From Nitrospirota bacterium (GTDB taxonomy: Bacteria > Nitrospirota > UBA9217): DNA of 64,000 nucleotides. Made by a program: the position numbers and the translations under genes. The stretch lies in contig CAWJQQ010000005.1 of the NCBI GenBank assembly GCA_963845065.1, forward strand, positions 96,001-160,000, given 5' to 3'. Shown piece after piece: positions 30,795 through 40,775 of this stretch (positions are counted from its first letter, which is position 1; each line of letters begins with the position of its first letter). Under the pieces are notes generated by a model that searched no databases, was not told the origin of the DNA, and worked only from the letters and a program-made list of their open reading frames with translations.

Positions 30795-31810
30795 TGGAAG
30801 CCGCCCATACTCTTTCCTCTGATATCGGGATCAAATCAGCATGTGCATCGCTCGACATCCCTCGTTCCGGGTTCTACCGGACACAGGCGCGGAAAAATGC
30901 GCCTCCCATGGAGCCGACGAAACGTCCGAGCCCGCCGCGTGCTCTGTCTTCAGACGAACGGCAAGACGTACTTGACGTCCTTCATTCTGAGCGGTTCGTG
31001 GACAAGGCGCCCCAGGAGGTCTATGCAACCCTATTGGATGAAGGCGCATATCAATGCTCTATAAGCACCATGTACCGCATCCTCGACGCGAACCAGGAGG
31101 TCAAGGAGCGCAGGAACCAGCTCAGCCACCCCGTGTATCAGAAGCCGGAGCTTCTGGCTACTGCGCCGAACCAAGTCTGGTCCTGGGACATTACCAAGCT
31201 TTTAGGCCCGGCAAAATGGTCCTATTTTTACCTCTACGTGATCCTGGATATCTTCAGCCGCTACGTCGTCGGCTGGATGGTCGCCCCCAGGGAATCGGCT
31301 GCCTTGGCGGAAAAGCTTATCAAGGAAACCTGCGCCAAGCAGAATATAGAAAAAGGGCAGCTCACAATACATGCGGATCGTGGCTCGTCCATGAGGTCGA
31401 AACCGGTCGCCTTGCTCATGGCCGATCTGGGCGTCACCAAGACCCACAGCAGACCGTATACGAGCGATGACAATCCTTTTTCAGAGTCTCAGTTCAAAAC
31501 GCTCAAGTACCGGCCGGACTTCCCCGATCGGTTCGGCTGCATTGAGGACGGCCGGGGATTCTGCCAGGTCTTTTTCCCCTGGTACAATACCGAGCATCAT
31601 CACTCCGGCATTGGGCTGCTCACGCCGGAGTCTGTCCACTACGGACTCGCGCTGGACGTGCTGAAAGCCAGGGGCGAGGTGCTTCGTACCGCCTATGAGG
31701 CACATCCTGAGCGGTTCGTGAAAAAAGTTCCTGTTCCTCCCTCATTACCAGACGCCGTTTGGATTAACAAGCCTAAACCGGTCGCTGTGAGCGAGGAGAA
31801 AGTACACTAA
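30791..31810 (+). CDS. IS3-family transposase OrfB (DDE)
   Basis: PNQVWSWDIT, DIFSRYVVGW, HADRGS, DNPFSESQFKTLK. Confidence 0.92.
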   Translation: MMEAAHTLSSDIGIKSACASLDIPRSGFYRTQARKNAPPMEPTKRPSPPRALSSDERQDVLDVLHSERFVDKAPQEVYATLLDEGAYQCSISTMYRILDANQEVKERRNQLSHPVYQKPELLATAPNQVWSWDITKLLGPAKWSYFYLYVILDIFSRYVVGWMVAPRESAALAEKLIKETCAKQNIEKGQLTIHADRGSSMRSKPVALLMADLGVTKTHSRPYTSDDNPFSESQFKTLKYRPDFPDRFGCIEDGRGFCQVFFPWYNTEHHHSGIGLLTPESVHYGLALDVLKARGEVLRTAYEAHPERFVKKVPVPPSLPDAVWINKPKPVAVSEEKVH

Positions 31811-31914
31811 ATTCGGTCGCGGGGTGTCTCAAAGTCATTGACAAATTCCGTTCCCGCCATGCGATCTAGAACATATACCTAATTCAGAAAGAACAGCGTA
31901 CTACAAGTTACAAT

Positions 31915-32405
31915 TGAGGTCGGATGTCAATAGTGGACACTATGCCTTTCATGCTGCAAGCTCCTGCGTAGTATTTTTGTGCATAAACCGCAGGGGAGAG
32001 AAAGCCGAGTCTTGCCTGTCGGCGCTGCCGGTTGTAGAAGAAGACCTCGATGTATTCTATGATATCCTGAATCGCTTCTTTCCTGGTTCTGTAGTGGCGG
32101 TGATGGACAAGCTCCTGCTTGAGCGTTCCCCAGAAACTCTCCATCGGTGCTTTGTCGTAACAGTTTCCCTTTCCGCTCATCGATGCTTTCATGTTAAACT
32201 GCCCGAGCAAATCTTGGTACTCATAGGAGCAATACTGACTTCCACGGTCAGAATAATGAATAAAGCTATGATCTTTTATGCAAACTTGTAGGTGAACATT
32301 GCAGAGGTTCTCTTTCAATTGAGATGAAGAATACTGCTTGTATTTGGTGTCAGCCCGATTATTCCGGTCCATGCCGACCCATTGTTCCGGTGTTATCCGA
32401 CCCCT
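31915..32405 (-). mobile_element. Second IS3-family remnant (integrase-core C-terminus), internally deleted
   Basis: SDRGSQY, SMSGKGNCYD.APMESFWGTLKQE, YIEV.FYN. End TGAGGTCGGATGTCAATAGTGGACAC at 31915 and an inverted ATCCGACC near 32395. Confidence 0.7.
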
Positions 32406-32446
32406 AATTCAGATTTAATGTATAAACATAACGAAGAATAAAACGT

Positions 32447-32484
32447 AAAAAGGGCCAATTTCTCAAGAAATTGGCCCTTTTTTG
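32447..32484 (-). terminator. Intrinsic terminator downstream of tRNA-Asn (bidirectional form)
   Basis: AAAAAGGGCCAATTTC-TCAA-GAAATTGGCCCTTTTT. Confidence 0.8.
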
Positions 32485-32487
32485 CTC

Positions 32488-32563
32488 TGGCTCCCCGGGC
32501 CGGACTCGAACCAGCGACAGGGTGGTTAACAGCCACCTGCTCTACCAACTGAGCTACCGGGGA
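32488..32563 (-). tRNA. tRNA-Asn(GTT)
   Basis: TCCCCGGTAGCTCAGTTGGTAGAGCAGGTGGCTGTTAACCACCCTGTCGCTGGTTCGAGTCCGGCCCGGGGAGCCA. Confidence 0.97.
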
Positions 32564-32670
32564 ATAATCAGTTCGGTATGGTTAGAAAGAATTATCAGGC
32601 GGGTATAAATACCATATTATGCCTTTTCTGTCAATCTGTTATTTCTCGGCCAAGGGTCAATAACTGCCCT

Positions 32671-33270
32671 TTATTTACTCCCTCCTTGTCCTTTCTTAAG
32701 CTCCATGATCACGAGCTTGGCTATAGCTTTGAGAGTGTCGAACACGCCCGTGCCGTCAGTTGCCACGGCCTCGAAATTCGGAACACTTCTCGGGTTCAAG
32801 GCTTTTTTCATTTCATCGAGAGAAACTACATTCGGCAAGTCCCGTTTGTTGTATTGAATCACATACGGAATCCTATCAAGGTCATACCCCTGTTCAGAAA
32901 GGTTGATTCGGAGATTCTCAACACTCTCGATGTTGGCTTCCATGCGCTCGACCTGTGAATCCGCAACGAACACGACGCCGTCGACGCCCTTGAGGATTAA
33001 CTTCCGGCTTGCATCGTAGAACACCTGGCCGGGAACGGTATACAGGTGGAAGCGAGTCTTAAACCCACGAATCTCGCCGAGGGCCAGTGGCAGGAAGTCG
33101 AAGAACAGTGTCCGCTCAGTCTCCGTAGCAAGCGAGATCATCTTGCCCTTGCTGTCAGGATTCGTCTTTTTGTAGATCCACTGCAAGTTCGTCGTCTTGC
33201 CGCACAAACCGGGACCATAAAAGACGATCTTGCAGTTAATCTCTCTCGACGAATAGTTGATAAAGGACAT
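32671..33270 (-). CDS. mglA: MglA small Ras-like GTPase
   Basis: MSFINYSSREINCKIVFYGPGLCGKTTN, ERTLFFDFLP, YTVPGQ, NKRD. Confidence 0.95.
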   Translation of the reverse strand: MSFINYSSREINCKIVFYGPGLCGKTTNLQWIYKKTNPDSKGKMISLATETERTLFFDFLPLALGEIRGFKTRFHLYTVPGQVFYDASRKLILKGVDGVVFVADSQVERMEANIESVENLRINLSEQGYDLDRIPYVIQYNKRDLPNVVSLDEMKKALNPRSVPNFEAVATDGTGVFDTLKAIAKLVIMELKKGQGGSK

Positions 33271-33320
33271 GGGACAGTAATTCCTCTCCTTACTGCATTC
33301 AGGGAGTGAAGGAGGCTGGG

Positions 33321-33815
33321 TTAACCGAAGAGTTTATCGATATCTTCGTCTGTAATTTCTGCAAAGGGAGAATTGGCGCTTTTACCTGAACCCTTTTCTG
33401 TTTCAACCTTCTGGAGAAGTTGGTTGAAAATACTACCGAGCACTTCTGCGCTCTTTTTTACCCGGAGCCGCACTAGGCCGAGCGATGAACGTTGGTCGAA
33501 GATCACCACCAGGATCACGCGCTGACCGATAATAGAAATATGGATATTATCACGTGCACCCTCATGGAAGAGGATCGAGAATTCCTTTTCACCCAGGAGT
33601 TTTGCCATCCCGCCCGTGGCCGCAATGTTGCCTGCGGTAAGCGATGCAAGTGATGTCGTGTCCAAATTTTCCGTCTCGCCGGTGGCCGCAATAAGTTGGC
33701 CATTCTTATCGACGAGAAAAACTACCTTGGCGTTCGCTTGCTGAAGGAGACGCTGGATTTCAGTATCTATCTGCTTAAATTCTTCTTCATACATTACCAA
33801 ATCGGAACCCAGCAT
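33321..33815 (-). CDS. mglB: MglB roadblock/LC7 GTPase-activating protein
   Basis: LVMYEEEF, LVDKNGQLIA, SLASLTAGNIAATGG.AKL, SSLGLVRLRVKK, FAEITDEDID.LF. Confidence 0.93.
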   Translation of the reverse strand: MLGSDLVMYEEEFKQIDTEIQRLLQQANAKVVFLVDKNGQLIAATGETENLDTTSLASLTAGNIAATGGMAKLLGEKEFSILFHEGARDNIHISIIGQRVILVVIFDQRSSLGLVRLRVKKSAEVLGSIFNQLLQKVETEKGSGKSANSPFAEITDEDIDKLFG

Positions 33816-33915
33816 ATCTGCATCTCCTTCTTGAAACCTTGTTGACACTTTCGGTTATTAAACCATACTGACCGATAGAATTCAAGCTTTTTTTGGTAAA
33901 AGCATTTTAAGTAAA

Positions 33916-33944
33916 ATAGCCGGGCATACTTCCGGCCCGGCTAT
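33916..33944 (-). terminator. Terminator of the por operon
   Basis: ATAGCCGGGC-N9-GCCCGGCTAT followed by TTT on the minus strand. Confidence 0.65.
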
Positions 33945-33970
33945 AATCTTATTCCTGTAATAATGCTGTT

Positions 33971-34924
33971 TTAGCTCTTGGACATCTCCTGCAGCTTCTT
34001 GAGGCTGTCCCAATCCTGATCCACGAGTTCCTGAAAGTGTGCGAGTAGTGCTTCATTGCCCGGAGCAAAGAGGTGCTTGAACCTGCCCTGAGGCTTAAGC
34101 CATTCGGCAACGGGCTTCTTCTTGTCCTTGGGATCGTAGTTGATATTCCACTTGCCACCTTCTACTTCATAAAGCGGCCAAAAGCAGGTCTCAACAGCAA
34201 GACGGGAGAGCAGGATGGAGTCATTCGTTTGGGAGCGCCAGCCGCGGTTACACGGGGAGACAACGCCCATATACGCCGGACCGTTCGTTGCCAGTGCCTT
34301 CTTCACCTTTGTCATGAGGTCCTTCCAGTTATGGGGCGAAGCCTGAGCTGCATATGCCACATTATGTGCGGCCATGATACGCGTCAGGTCCTTGCGGCGC
34401 TGTGATTTGCCCGGGACCTTAGAGCCCACGGGCTGGGTCGTCGTGTCAGCGCCGAAGGGCGTGGCGCTCGAACGCTGGATACCAGTATTCATGTACGCAC
34501 CGTTATCGTAACAGATATAGAGCAGTTGGTGGCCGCGCTCCATGGCGCCGGAGAGCGCCTGGAACCCAATGTCGTACGTTCCACCGTCGCCGCCGAAAGC
34601 AATAAATTTGATATCTTTCTTGATCTTGCCCTTTTTTCGGAGCGCCCGGTACATAGTCTCGATGCCGGAAGCCGTAGCCGCCGCATTTTCAAATGCACTG
34701 TGCATCCATGGAACCCGCCAAGCGGTGTAGGGAAACAGACAGGTCGAAACTTCGAGGCAGCCCGTAGCGTTTGCGATAACTACCGGCTCATCGATGGCCA
34801 GGAGCACCTGCCGCACAATAGTCGGTGCTCCACAGCCGGAGCACAGCCGGTGCCCGCCCGTGAGCAGATCCTCCTTGTGCGACAGCGACTTTAATGTCAT
34901 CGGTTTTTCCTGCGTTGTGCTCAT
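33971..34924 (-). CDS. porB: Pyruvate/2-oxoacid:ferredoxin oxidoreductase beta subunit
   Basis: GHRLCSGCG, ATGCLEV, GGDGGTYDIG, YDNGAYMNTGIQRS (TPP binding). Confidence 0.93.
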   Translation of the reverse strand: MSTTQEKPMTLKSLSHKEDLLTGGHRLCSGCGAPTIVRQVLLAIDEPVVIANATGCLEVSTCLFPYTAWRVPWMHSAFENAAATASGIETMYRALRKKGKIKKDIKFIAFGGDGGTYDIGFQALSGAMERGHQLLYICYDNGAYMNTGIQRSSATPFGADTTTQPVGSKVPGKSQRRKDLTRIMAAHNVAYAAQASPHNWKDLMTKVKKALATNGPAYMGVVSPCNRGWRSQTNDSILLSRLAVETCFWPLYEVEGGKWNINYDPKDKKKPVAEWLKPQGRFKHLFAPGNEALLAHFQELVDQDWDSLKKLQEMSKS

Positions 34925-35046
34925 TATGATCTCCTTAGATTCTTCGACAGATAGGAGCTGTTCATTCCTGTTGTCAGTCCTGATCAGTCCTAATGCGGTC
35001 AAAAGAATTTTGGTTTTCTCTGCACATTCTTAGCTAATTGTTTTCT

Positions 35047-36234
35047 TTAGTTTCTCACTGTAATGTATTCTTTCATCTGTTTGATCTTGCCGGTCTTGGC
35101 AACCTCTGCGGTCTCGTCTATAACCTTGTCCACGTCGAGCGGCATCAGGTCTCTGCCACCGAGCCCGTAAATTTTATTGAACATAACCGGTCCCCGAATG
35201 GACTGTACTGCTGATGCGATTTCCATGAAGAGCGGTCCATAGCCGCCATAAGAATCTGCGCGGTCCATGACACAGATGGCTTTGGCATTCTTGAGCGCTG
35301 CGCCCACTTCTTCGTACGGGAAGGGACGAAACATCCTAGGCTTCAAGAGCCCCGCCTTGACGCCTTTTTCGCGATAGCGGTCCACCTCGTCCTTGATCGT
35401 ACCTGCTGCGGAGTTTAAAGCAATAAGAACAACCTCGGCGTCTTCGAGGCGGTAGGCTTCAAATAGCCCGTAATTCCTTCCTGTGAGTTTCGCGAACTCC
35501 GCGGACACATCCTGGACGACCTTCTTTGCGTTTATCATGGCTTCATGCTGAGCACGTTTATGTTCCATGTAATAATCCGGTAGTACCAGTGCTCCTATGC
35601 TTTTCGGGTTATCCATATCGAGGAGCGGGTCGATCGCGATGTAATCGCCCACGAACTTTTTCACGTCCTCATCGGTAATATACTGCATGCTCTCGATAGA
35701 GTGGCTGATGATGAAACCGTCCAAATTGACTGCAATGGGTAACCGCACATCCTTGTGTTCGGCGATACGGTATGCCATGACCGTATTATCGTAGGCCTCC
35801 TGCGCGTTCTCGGAGAAGAGCTGGATCCAGCCACAATCGCGCATGGTCATCCCATCTGAATTGTCACCATGAATGTTCAGCGGTGCGGACAGCGCCCTGT
35901 TCACGAGCGACATCACAATCGGCAGACGGTAGCCCGAGGCAATATGAAGCATCTCCCACATTAGTGCCATGCCCTGAGAGCTAGTAGCCGTTGCTACTCG
36001 GCCTCCCGCGGCTGCGGCGCCGATGGCGGCGCTCATGGCGCTGTGCTCGCTCTCCACGAGGATCATTTCTGTATCGACTATCCCGTTCGACACGAATGAA
36101 GTAAACGACTCCATAATGCCCGTCGAAGGCGTGATAGGATAAGCGGGCATAACATCAGGGTTCAGCTGACGGAACGCTTCTGCAACAGCCTGGTTACCCG
36201 TGACAGCCACGGTCTTCGTCGTCGTAACAGTCAT
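35047..36234 (-). CDS. porA: Pyruvate:ferredoxin oxidoreductase alpha subunit
   Basis: AYPITP, VESEHSAMSA, TATSSQG, NRALSAP, YGLGGRD. Confidence 0.95.
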   Translation of the reverse strand: MTVTTTKTVAVTGNQAVAEAFRQLNPDVMPAYPITPSTGIMESFTSFVSNGIVDTEMILVESEHSAMSAAIGAAAAGGRVATATSSQGMALMWEMLHIASGYRLPIVMSLVNRALSAPLNIHGDNSDGMTMRDCGWIQLFSENAQEAYDNTVMAYRIAEHKDVRLPIAVNLDGFIISHSIESMQYITDEDVKKFVGDYIAIDPLLDMDNPKSIGALVLPDYYMEHKRAQHEAMINAKKVVQDVSAEFAKLTGRNYGLFEAYRLEDAEVVLIALNSAAGTIKDEVDRYREKGVKAGLLKPRMFRPFPYEEVGAALKNAKAICVMDRADSYGGYGPLFMEIASAVQSIRGPVMFNKIYGLGGRDLMPLDVDKVIDETAEVAKTGKIKQMKEYITVRN

Positions 36235-36235
36235 A

Positions 36236-36529
36236 CTATTTGCCCTCCTCTTCCATAACGATAGCCTTGTTGCCTTTCTTTCCCGGACACTCCATAGCAC
36301 ACACACCGCAGCCTTTGCAATGGTCGTAGTCAAACCCCGTCCTCTTCTCATCTTTTACCTTGACCGCCGTATCGGGGCAATAAATCCAGCAAAATAGGCA
36401 CTGGATGCAATTCTCCTCGATCCAGCGCGGCTTGAACGAACGCCACGAGCCTGTCTTATATTCATTTGCATTGCCGGCCTTCAGAACCGTCCCTGCATGG
36501 GGTAACTCTTTCCAGTTCATCTGTTTCAT
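36236..36529 (-). CDS. porD: Pyruvate:ferredoxin oxidoreductase delta subunit, 2x[4Fe-4S]
   Basis: KTGSWRS..P, CIQCLFCWIYCPD, YDHCKGCGVCAMECP. Confidence 0.93.
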   Translation of the reverse strand: MKQMNWKELPHAGTVLKAGNANEYKTGSWRSFKPRWIEENCIQCLFCWIYCPDTAVKVKDEKRTGFDYDHCKGCGVCAMECPGKKGNKAIVMEEEGK

Positions 36530-37101
36530 CCTTGCTTTACCTCCTCATACCCACGTTTGACCGCGGCGAGATTCCCGTCGATTATCTTCTGCACAAACTT
36601 CTTTCCGAAGCTGCCTTTCACCTCATCGAGTAGTACGTCCATGGCCACGATGCTCGTAGCCTTGTTCACCGCGCCGAGCATGGGTGCATTGGGCATGGGC
36701 CTGCCGATCGTATCAATCGCTATCCTGGTCGCATCGATGGTAAAGACACTTTGAGTGGGCTTAGCCTGTAATTTCTCACGGACTTCTTTCGGGTCCTTGC
36801 TCGTGTTGATGACGAACACCGCGTCGTCCTTTGCTCCCTCAGTTACGTTGATTGCATCTAGGAGCGATGCGTCCACTACAGCAACCACTCCGGGGTTCAG
36901 CACCGGGCAGTGCATCCGGAGTATTTTTTCGCTGACGCGATTATAGGCGCGGAGCGGTGCTCCGGCGCGCTCTGGCCCATATTCGGGAAATGCCTGGACT
37001 TGCCGACCACCGGAAAGACATGCATCGGCGAGAACTTTGGCCGCCGTGACGGTCCCCTGGCCGCCTCTCCCGTGCCACCTGATCTCAATCATTTCTGCCA
37101 T
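36526..37101 (-). CDS. porC: Pyruvate:ferredoxin oxidoreductase gamma subunit
   Basis: EIRWHGRGGQG.VTA, FPEYGPERAGAP, PNAPMLGA. Confidence 0.93.
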   Translation of the reverse strand: MAEMIEIRWHGRGGQGTVTAAKVLADACLSGGRQVQAFPEYGPERAGAPLRAYNRVSEKILRMHCPVLNPGVVAVVDASLLDAINVTEGAKDDAVFVINTSKDPKEVREKLQAKPTQSVFTIDATRIAIDTIGRPMPNAPMLGAVNKATSIVAMDVLLDEVKGSFGKKFVQKIIDGNLAAVKRGYEEVKQG

Positions 37102-37188
37102 AATCTTGCCCTCCACAAATTAAGTTCGGAGTAGGGATCTACGTGACGAATGTGTATTTCAAATTGCAATCCAAACTCCATAATGAAC

Positions 37189-37773
37189 TTACATTTCCCG
37201 TCGGCCTTCAAGCGCCCGCTGAACAGTATTCTCATCGGCGTATTCGATGTCCCCACCCACTGGGAGACCGTACGCGATGCGGCTGACGCTGATGCCCAAC
37301 GGTTTAATTAACTTCGAAAGATACAGAGCTGTGGTCTCGCCTTTTACCGTAGGGTTCGTCGCAATGATGACTTCACTGACCCCGCCAGATCGCAGCCGAT
37401 CCAGAAGACCTTCGATCTTAAGGTCCTCCGGACCGATGCCGTCGAGAGGCGAGATAGCGCCGAGGAGTGCATGGTAGCGTCCCCGAAAGATTCCGCTCTT
37501 TTCGAGGATGAGAATGTTACTCGGTTCTTCCACTACGCAGATCCGCGTGCAATCACGACGTTCATCGCTGCAGATGCCGCAAAGCTCGTCCTCGGTGATA
37601 TTGTTGCAAACCGTGCAGTACCTGATATTGTTCTTCAGGTCCAGGATAGCCTGAGCTATTCCCGCTGCATCCTCGCGAGGCATACCTAGCACGGCAAAGG
37701 CAAAGCGCTCGGCACTCTTTCTGCCGATGCCAGGAAGTTTCATGAAAGCCTCAACCATCCTACCGAGTGCCAT
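37189..37773 (-). CDS. recR: Recombination mediator RecR
   Basis: LPGIGRKSAER, C4 Zn finger, ICVVEEP, ATNPTVKGETTA, RIAYGLPVGG.IEYAD. Start uncertain (ORF open to 37908). Confidence 0.93.
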   Translation of the reverse strand: MALGRMVEAFMKLPGIGRKSAERFAFAVLGMPREDAAGIAQAILDLKNNIRYCTVCNNITEDELCGICSDERRDCTRICVVEEPSNILILEKSGIFRGRYHALLGAISPLDGIGPEDLKIEGLLDRLRSGGVSEVIIATNPTVKGETTALYLSKLIKPLGISVSRIAYGLPVGGDIEYADENTVQRALEGRREM

Positions 37774-37977
37774 GCCCGAAACTTCGGAGACCTGCGTCCT
37801 AGCTTTTCCCAGTTTTCGTACAAGTGAGGCTGCCCGAGACGATTGCTCCTGTTCCACTTTCGCCGCCTTGTCTTCTTGAGCCCTGTGCTCCATTATGTGC
37901 GACACCATGAACGCAGACTCACGTCTATGGTTACCTCGGTCTTTTCCCCGAAAACCCCGATCGGCAATCCGAAATTC

Positions 37978-38298
37978 TTAGAACAACCCTGGAGGAAGCC
38001 CCATTCCCGCGGTAAGCTTGCCCATTTCTTCCTTCATCAGGTCCTGCGATTTTCTGAGCGCCTCATTCACTGCAGCAGTAACCAAGTCCTGAAGCATGTC
38101 GATGTCCTTCGGGTCGACTACAGAGGGGTCTATTTTGATAGAAAGCACTTCCTGCCGGCCATTGGCGACAACCGTTACCATGCCACCGCCTGAAGACGCC
38201 TCCACGGTCTTGCCCGCTGCCTCTTCCTGGAGCTTTTTAACCCGCTCCTGCATCTGCTGGGCCTGCTTCATGATATTGCTGAGCATATTTTTTGACAT
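37978..38298 (-). CDS. ybaB: YbaB/EbfC nucleoid-associated protein
   Basis: MKQAQQMQ, SGGGMVTV, DMLQDLV.AAVNEA; lies between dnaX and recR. Confidence 0.93.
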   Translation of the reverse strand: MSKNMLSNIMKQAQQMQERVKKLQEEAAGKTVEASSGGGMVTVVANGRQEVLSIKIDPSVVDPKDIDMLQDLVTAAVNEALRKSQDLMKEEMGKLTAGMGLPPGLF

Positions 38299-38433
38299 GG
38301 GGTACCCTTGAATTGTGAAATTTTATCAAATAAGGATGTTTATCATAAAAGAATTTTTAGGCTTTTGCAAGCGAAAATGAGTGCCTGGTTAACGAAAAAA
38401 CTGAGTACAGAGCTCTACGCTATAAACCTAGAG

Positions 38434-40080
38434 TTAGTCTAACGGATGGTCATGTTCGACGACCTCACCTTTGGGAAATACGCGGAGCACATCCTGAACC
38501 GCGGGGTCCTGCTCTTCGGGCTTTGTTTTTTTCTCGCTTTTTGTTTTGGACTCCTGTTTCCGTGCGTCCGCAAGGTGCTGAACCTTTACACTCAGCTTTT
38601 TACTCGTAATTCCGACGACGAGTTCTTCGATCAGCAATCTATTTTCGCGTTTATCAACGAGATCAACTTGGAAACGGCTGCCAGTTACGCCGATCACGAG
38701 TTCACTATCCGTAACGGTAATGATCCGGCCATGCCCCAGTGCAGAGGCAAGACTTGGTTTTTTCGATTTGAGTGCAGCAATGATCACACCCCACAGGTCA
38801 CCATGCTCGCTTCCCCTTTCGCCTGCACCCGGTTGGGATGATGGTACAGAAACTTTCGGCATTGCAGTGTACGGTACGAACTGCTCGCTAATCCGAGGGG
38901 CTGCTGCTGACGCTACCGGCACGGACCCGCTGAGTGCAAGCCTGGCCTCAAGATCTTTCATATGGTCCAGTATTTCGGAAAGGGGGCGAAGCTCCGCAAT
39001 AGTGCAAGCCTTGATCAGCCCGACTTCGAGAGTGAACCGTTGATGAGGAGACCAGCGCATGTCGTCAAGAGTTTTTGAAAGACTATCGAACAGCATCAGT
39101 AGGCGTTCGGCATCTGCTCTGGTTGCCTGCTGTTTGATGGCTTCGATGTCAGCAGCGGACAGCTCAATGATCTGGTCTGGATCGGCTGCAACCTTTGCGA
39201 CCAGCAGATTCCGCACATGCTCCACTACACCGGCGAGAAACTGGCGCATGTCCTGCCCCTGCTCCAGCAAGGTCTCGATATGCCTGAGAAGACCTGCCGC
39301 GTCCCTGCCCAGCAGGCCTGTAGCGAACTGAAGGAGTGCTGCCTGGGGAACGGAGCCGAGGGTTGCCTGAAGGTCTTCATTTTTAATCTCCATGCCGCTG
39401 TACGAAACCGCTTGGTCAAGAAGGCTTTGGGAATCACGCATGCTGCCTTCCGCGGCCCGTGCAATCATGGCAAGCCCAGAATCGGAAATGGTAATACTTT
39501 CGGCAGTGGCTATTGTACGGAGTCTTTCGATAATCTCATGCAACGCAACCCGTTTGAAACCGTAGCGTTGGCATCGCGAGTGGATTGTGGCAGGGATTTT
39601 TTGAGGTTCCGTTGTGGCGAAAATAAAAATCACATGAGGCGGCGGTTCTTCAAGAGTCTTCAACAATGCATTGAAAGCCTCGTTCGTTAGCATGTGGACT
39701 TCGTCGATTACATAGACCTTATACTTACCGCCTACTGGGGCGTACTTAACAGCCTCGCGCAGCTCGCGAATGTGTTCAATGCCGCGGTTGGAAGCACCGT
39801 CGATCTCAACGACATCTACTGCGGTACCGGCTGCGGTTTCGAGGCAGGAGTCGCATTTCCCGCAAGGAGTCGGCGTTGGACCCTGCTCGCAATTCAGCGC
39901 TTTTGCGAGTATGCGGGCCGTAGTGGTCTTGCCGACACCTCGCGGACCTGAAAACAGGAAGGCATGAGCCAGCCGCCCAGAGGTGATCGCATTCTGGAGC
40001 GTTCGTGTAATATGCGCCTGTCCGACCACATCTTCGAAGACCTGGGGCCTCCATTTTCGAGCAAGCACCTGGTAACTCAT
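38434..40080 (-). CDS. dnaX: DNA polymerase III gamma/tau
   Basis: MSYQVLARKWRPQ, GPRGVGKTT, EIDGASN, IDEVHML, SRC. Confidence 0.97.
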   Translation of the reverse strand: MSYQVLARKWRPQVFEDVVGQAHITRTLQNAITSGRLAHAFLFSGPRGVGKTTTARILAKALNCEQGPTPTPCGKCDSCLETAAGTAVDVVEIDGASNRGIEHIRELREAVKYAPVGGKYKVYVIDEVHMLTNEAFNALLKTLEEPPPHVIFIFATTEPQKIPATIHSRCQRYGFKRVALHEIIERLRTIATAESITISDSGLAMIARAAEGSMRDSQSLLDQAVSYSGMEIKNEDLQATLGSVPQAALLQFATGLLGRDAAGLLRHIETLLEQGQDMRQFLAGVVEHVRNLLVAKVAADPDQIIELSAADIEAIKQQATRADAERLLMLFDSLSKTLDDMRWSPHQRFTLEVGLIKACTIAELRPLSEILDHMKDLEARLALSGSVPVASAAAPRISEQFVPYTAMPKVSVPSSQPGAGERGSEHGDLWGVIIAALKSKKPSLASALGHGRIITVTDSELVIGVTGSRFQVDLVDKRENRLLIEELVVGITSKKLSVKVQHLADARKQESKTKSEKKTKPEEQDPAVQDVLRVFPKGEVVEHDHPLD

Positions 40081-40224
40081 AATTCCCTCACAACAACGCT
40101 CATAACCTCAAAGTTGAATAAACATCATAATCATAGATGAACAGAAGCAGGCGTCTTTAATGACACGGATGAAAGAAAATACGCTAGTGAAACTTCGGGG
40201 AGGAAATTCTCTGCAAATTAAAAG

Positions 40225-40337
40225 GCTCATAAACCCGGGCACCCCTACGGCACACCCGGAATCCGTTTACCGCTGCTTCCTTCCGGACCTGACGGGGTTC
40301 ACGGGACCGTGATTGCGCAGGACCCGGGCTCATGAGC
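40225..40337 (-). ncRNA. ffs: Signal recognition particle RNA (4.5S)
   Basis: Minus strand carries TCAGGTCCGGAAGGAAGCAGC inside a long hairpin, upstream of dnaX. Confidence 0.9.
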
Positions 40338-40429
40338 GCTAATGTTCTTCTGTTCAGCGTTCAGAATGCCATGCGGGTAGAAACAGTTAATCCGTCCACT
40401 CATCGCTCTGAACTAGTTTTTTTTAAACA

Positions 40430-40517
40430 TGGCGGAGAGGGTGGGGTTCGAACCCACGTTAGGTTTCCCTAAACACGCTTTCCAAGCGTGCGCCTTCAGC
40501 CGCTCGGCCACCTCTCC
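40430..40517 (-). tRNA. tRNA-Ser(GGA)
   Basis: GGAGAGG...CACGCTTGGAAAGCGTG, long variable arm, CCA encoded. Confidence 0.96.
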
Positions 40518-40617
40518 ATCTATTGCATTTACCATTCTCGGTTCAAAGTGAACCTTTGTGCCGTTGCTTATCTATATTTGCACCTTAAAATTTTGAACTC
40601 TACACTCTTTTTTAACA

Positions 40618-40707
40618 TGGCGGAGAGGCCGGGATTTGAACCCGGGGTGGAGTTACCCCCACAACAGTTTTCGAGACTGCCGCCTTCAGCCACTCGGCCA
40701 CCTCTCC
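40618..40707 (-). tRNA. tRNA-Ser(CGA)
   Basis: GCAGTCTCGAAAACTGT anticodon arm, long variable arm, CCA. Confidence 0.96.
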
Positions 40708-40775
40708 GGATACTGCAAGTGTTTAGAATTCGCAGTTCAAACTAAGACCTCATCCGCGGCAGCTGTGATTATTCA

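Larger units (their letters stand above)
30225..31843 (+). mobile_element. Intact-looking IS3-family element
   Basis: IRs TGTCAATATAACTGAGACACC (30225) and GGTGTCTCAAAGTCATTGACA (to 31843). orfB is in the -1 frame with an A9 slippery run at 30730-30738. Confidence 0.88.

Noticed and set aside
37774..37908. 45-aa N-terminal extension on RecR
   Set aside because: Open frame but not RecR-like, and the start cannot be resolved from sequence alone.
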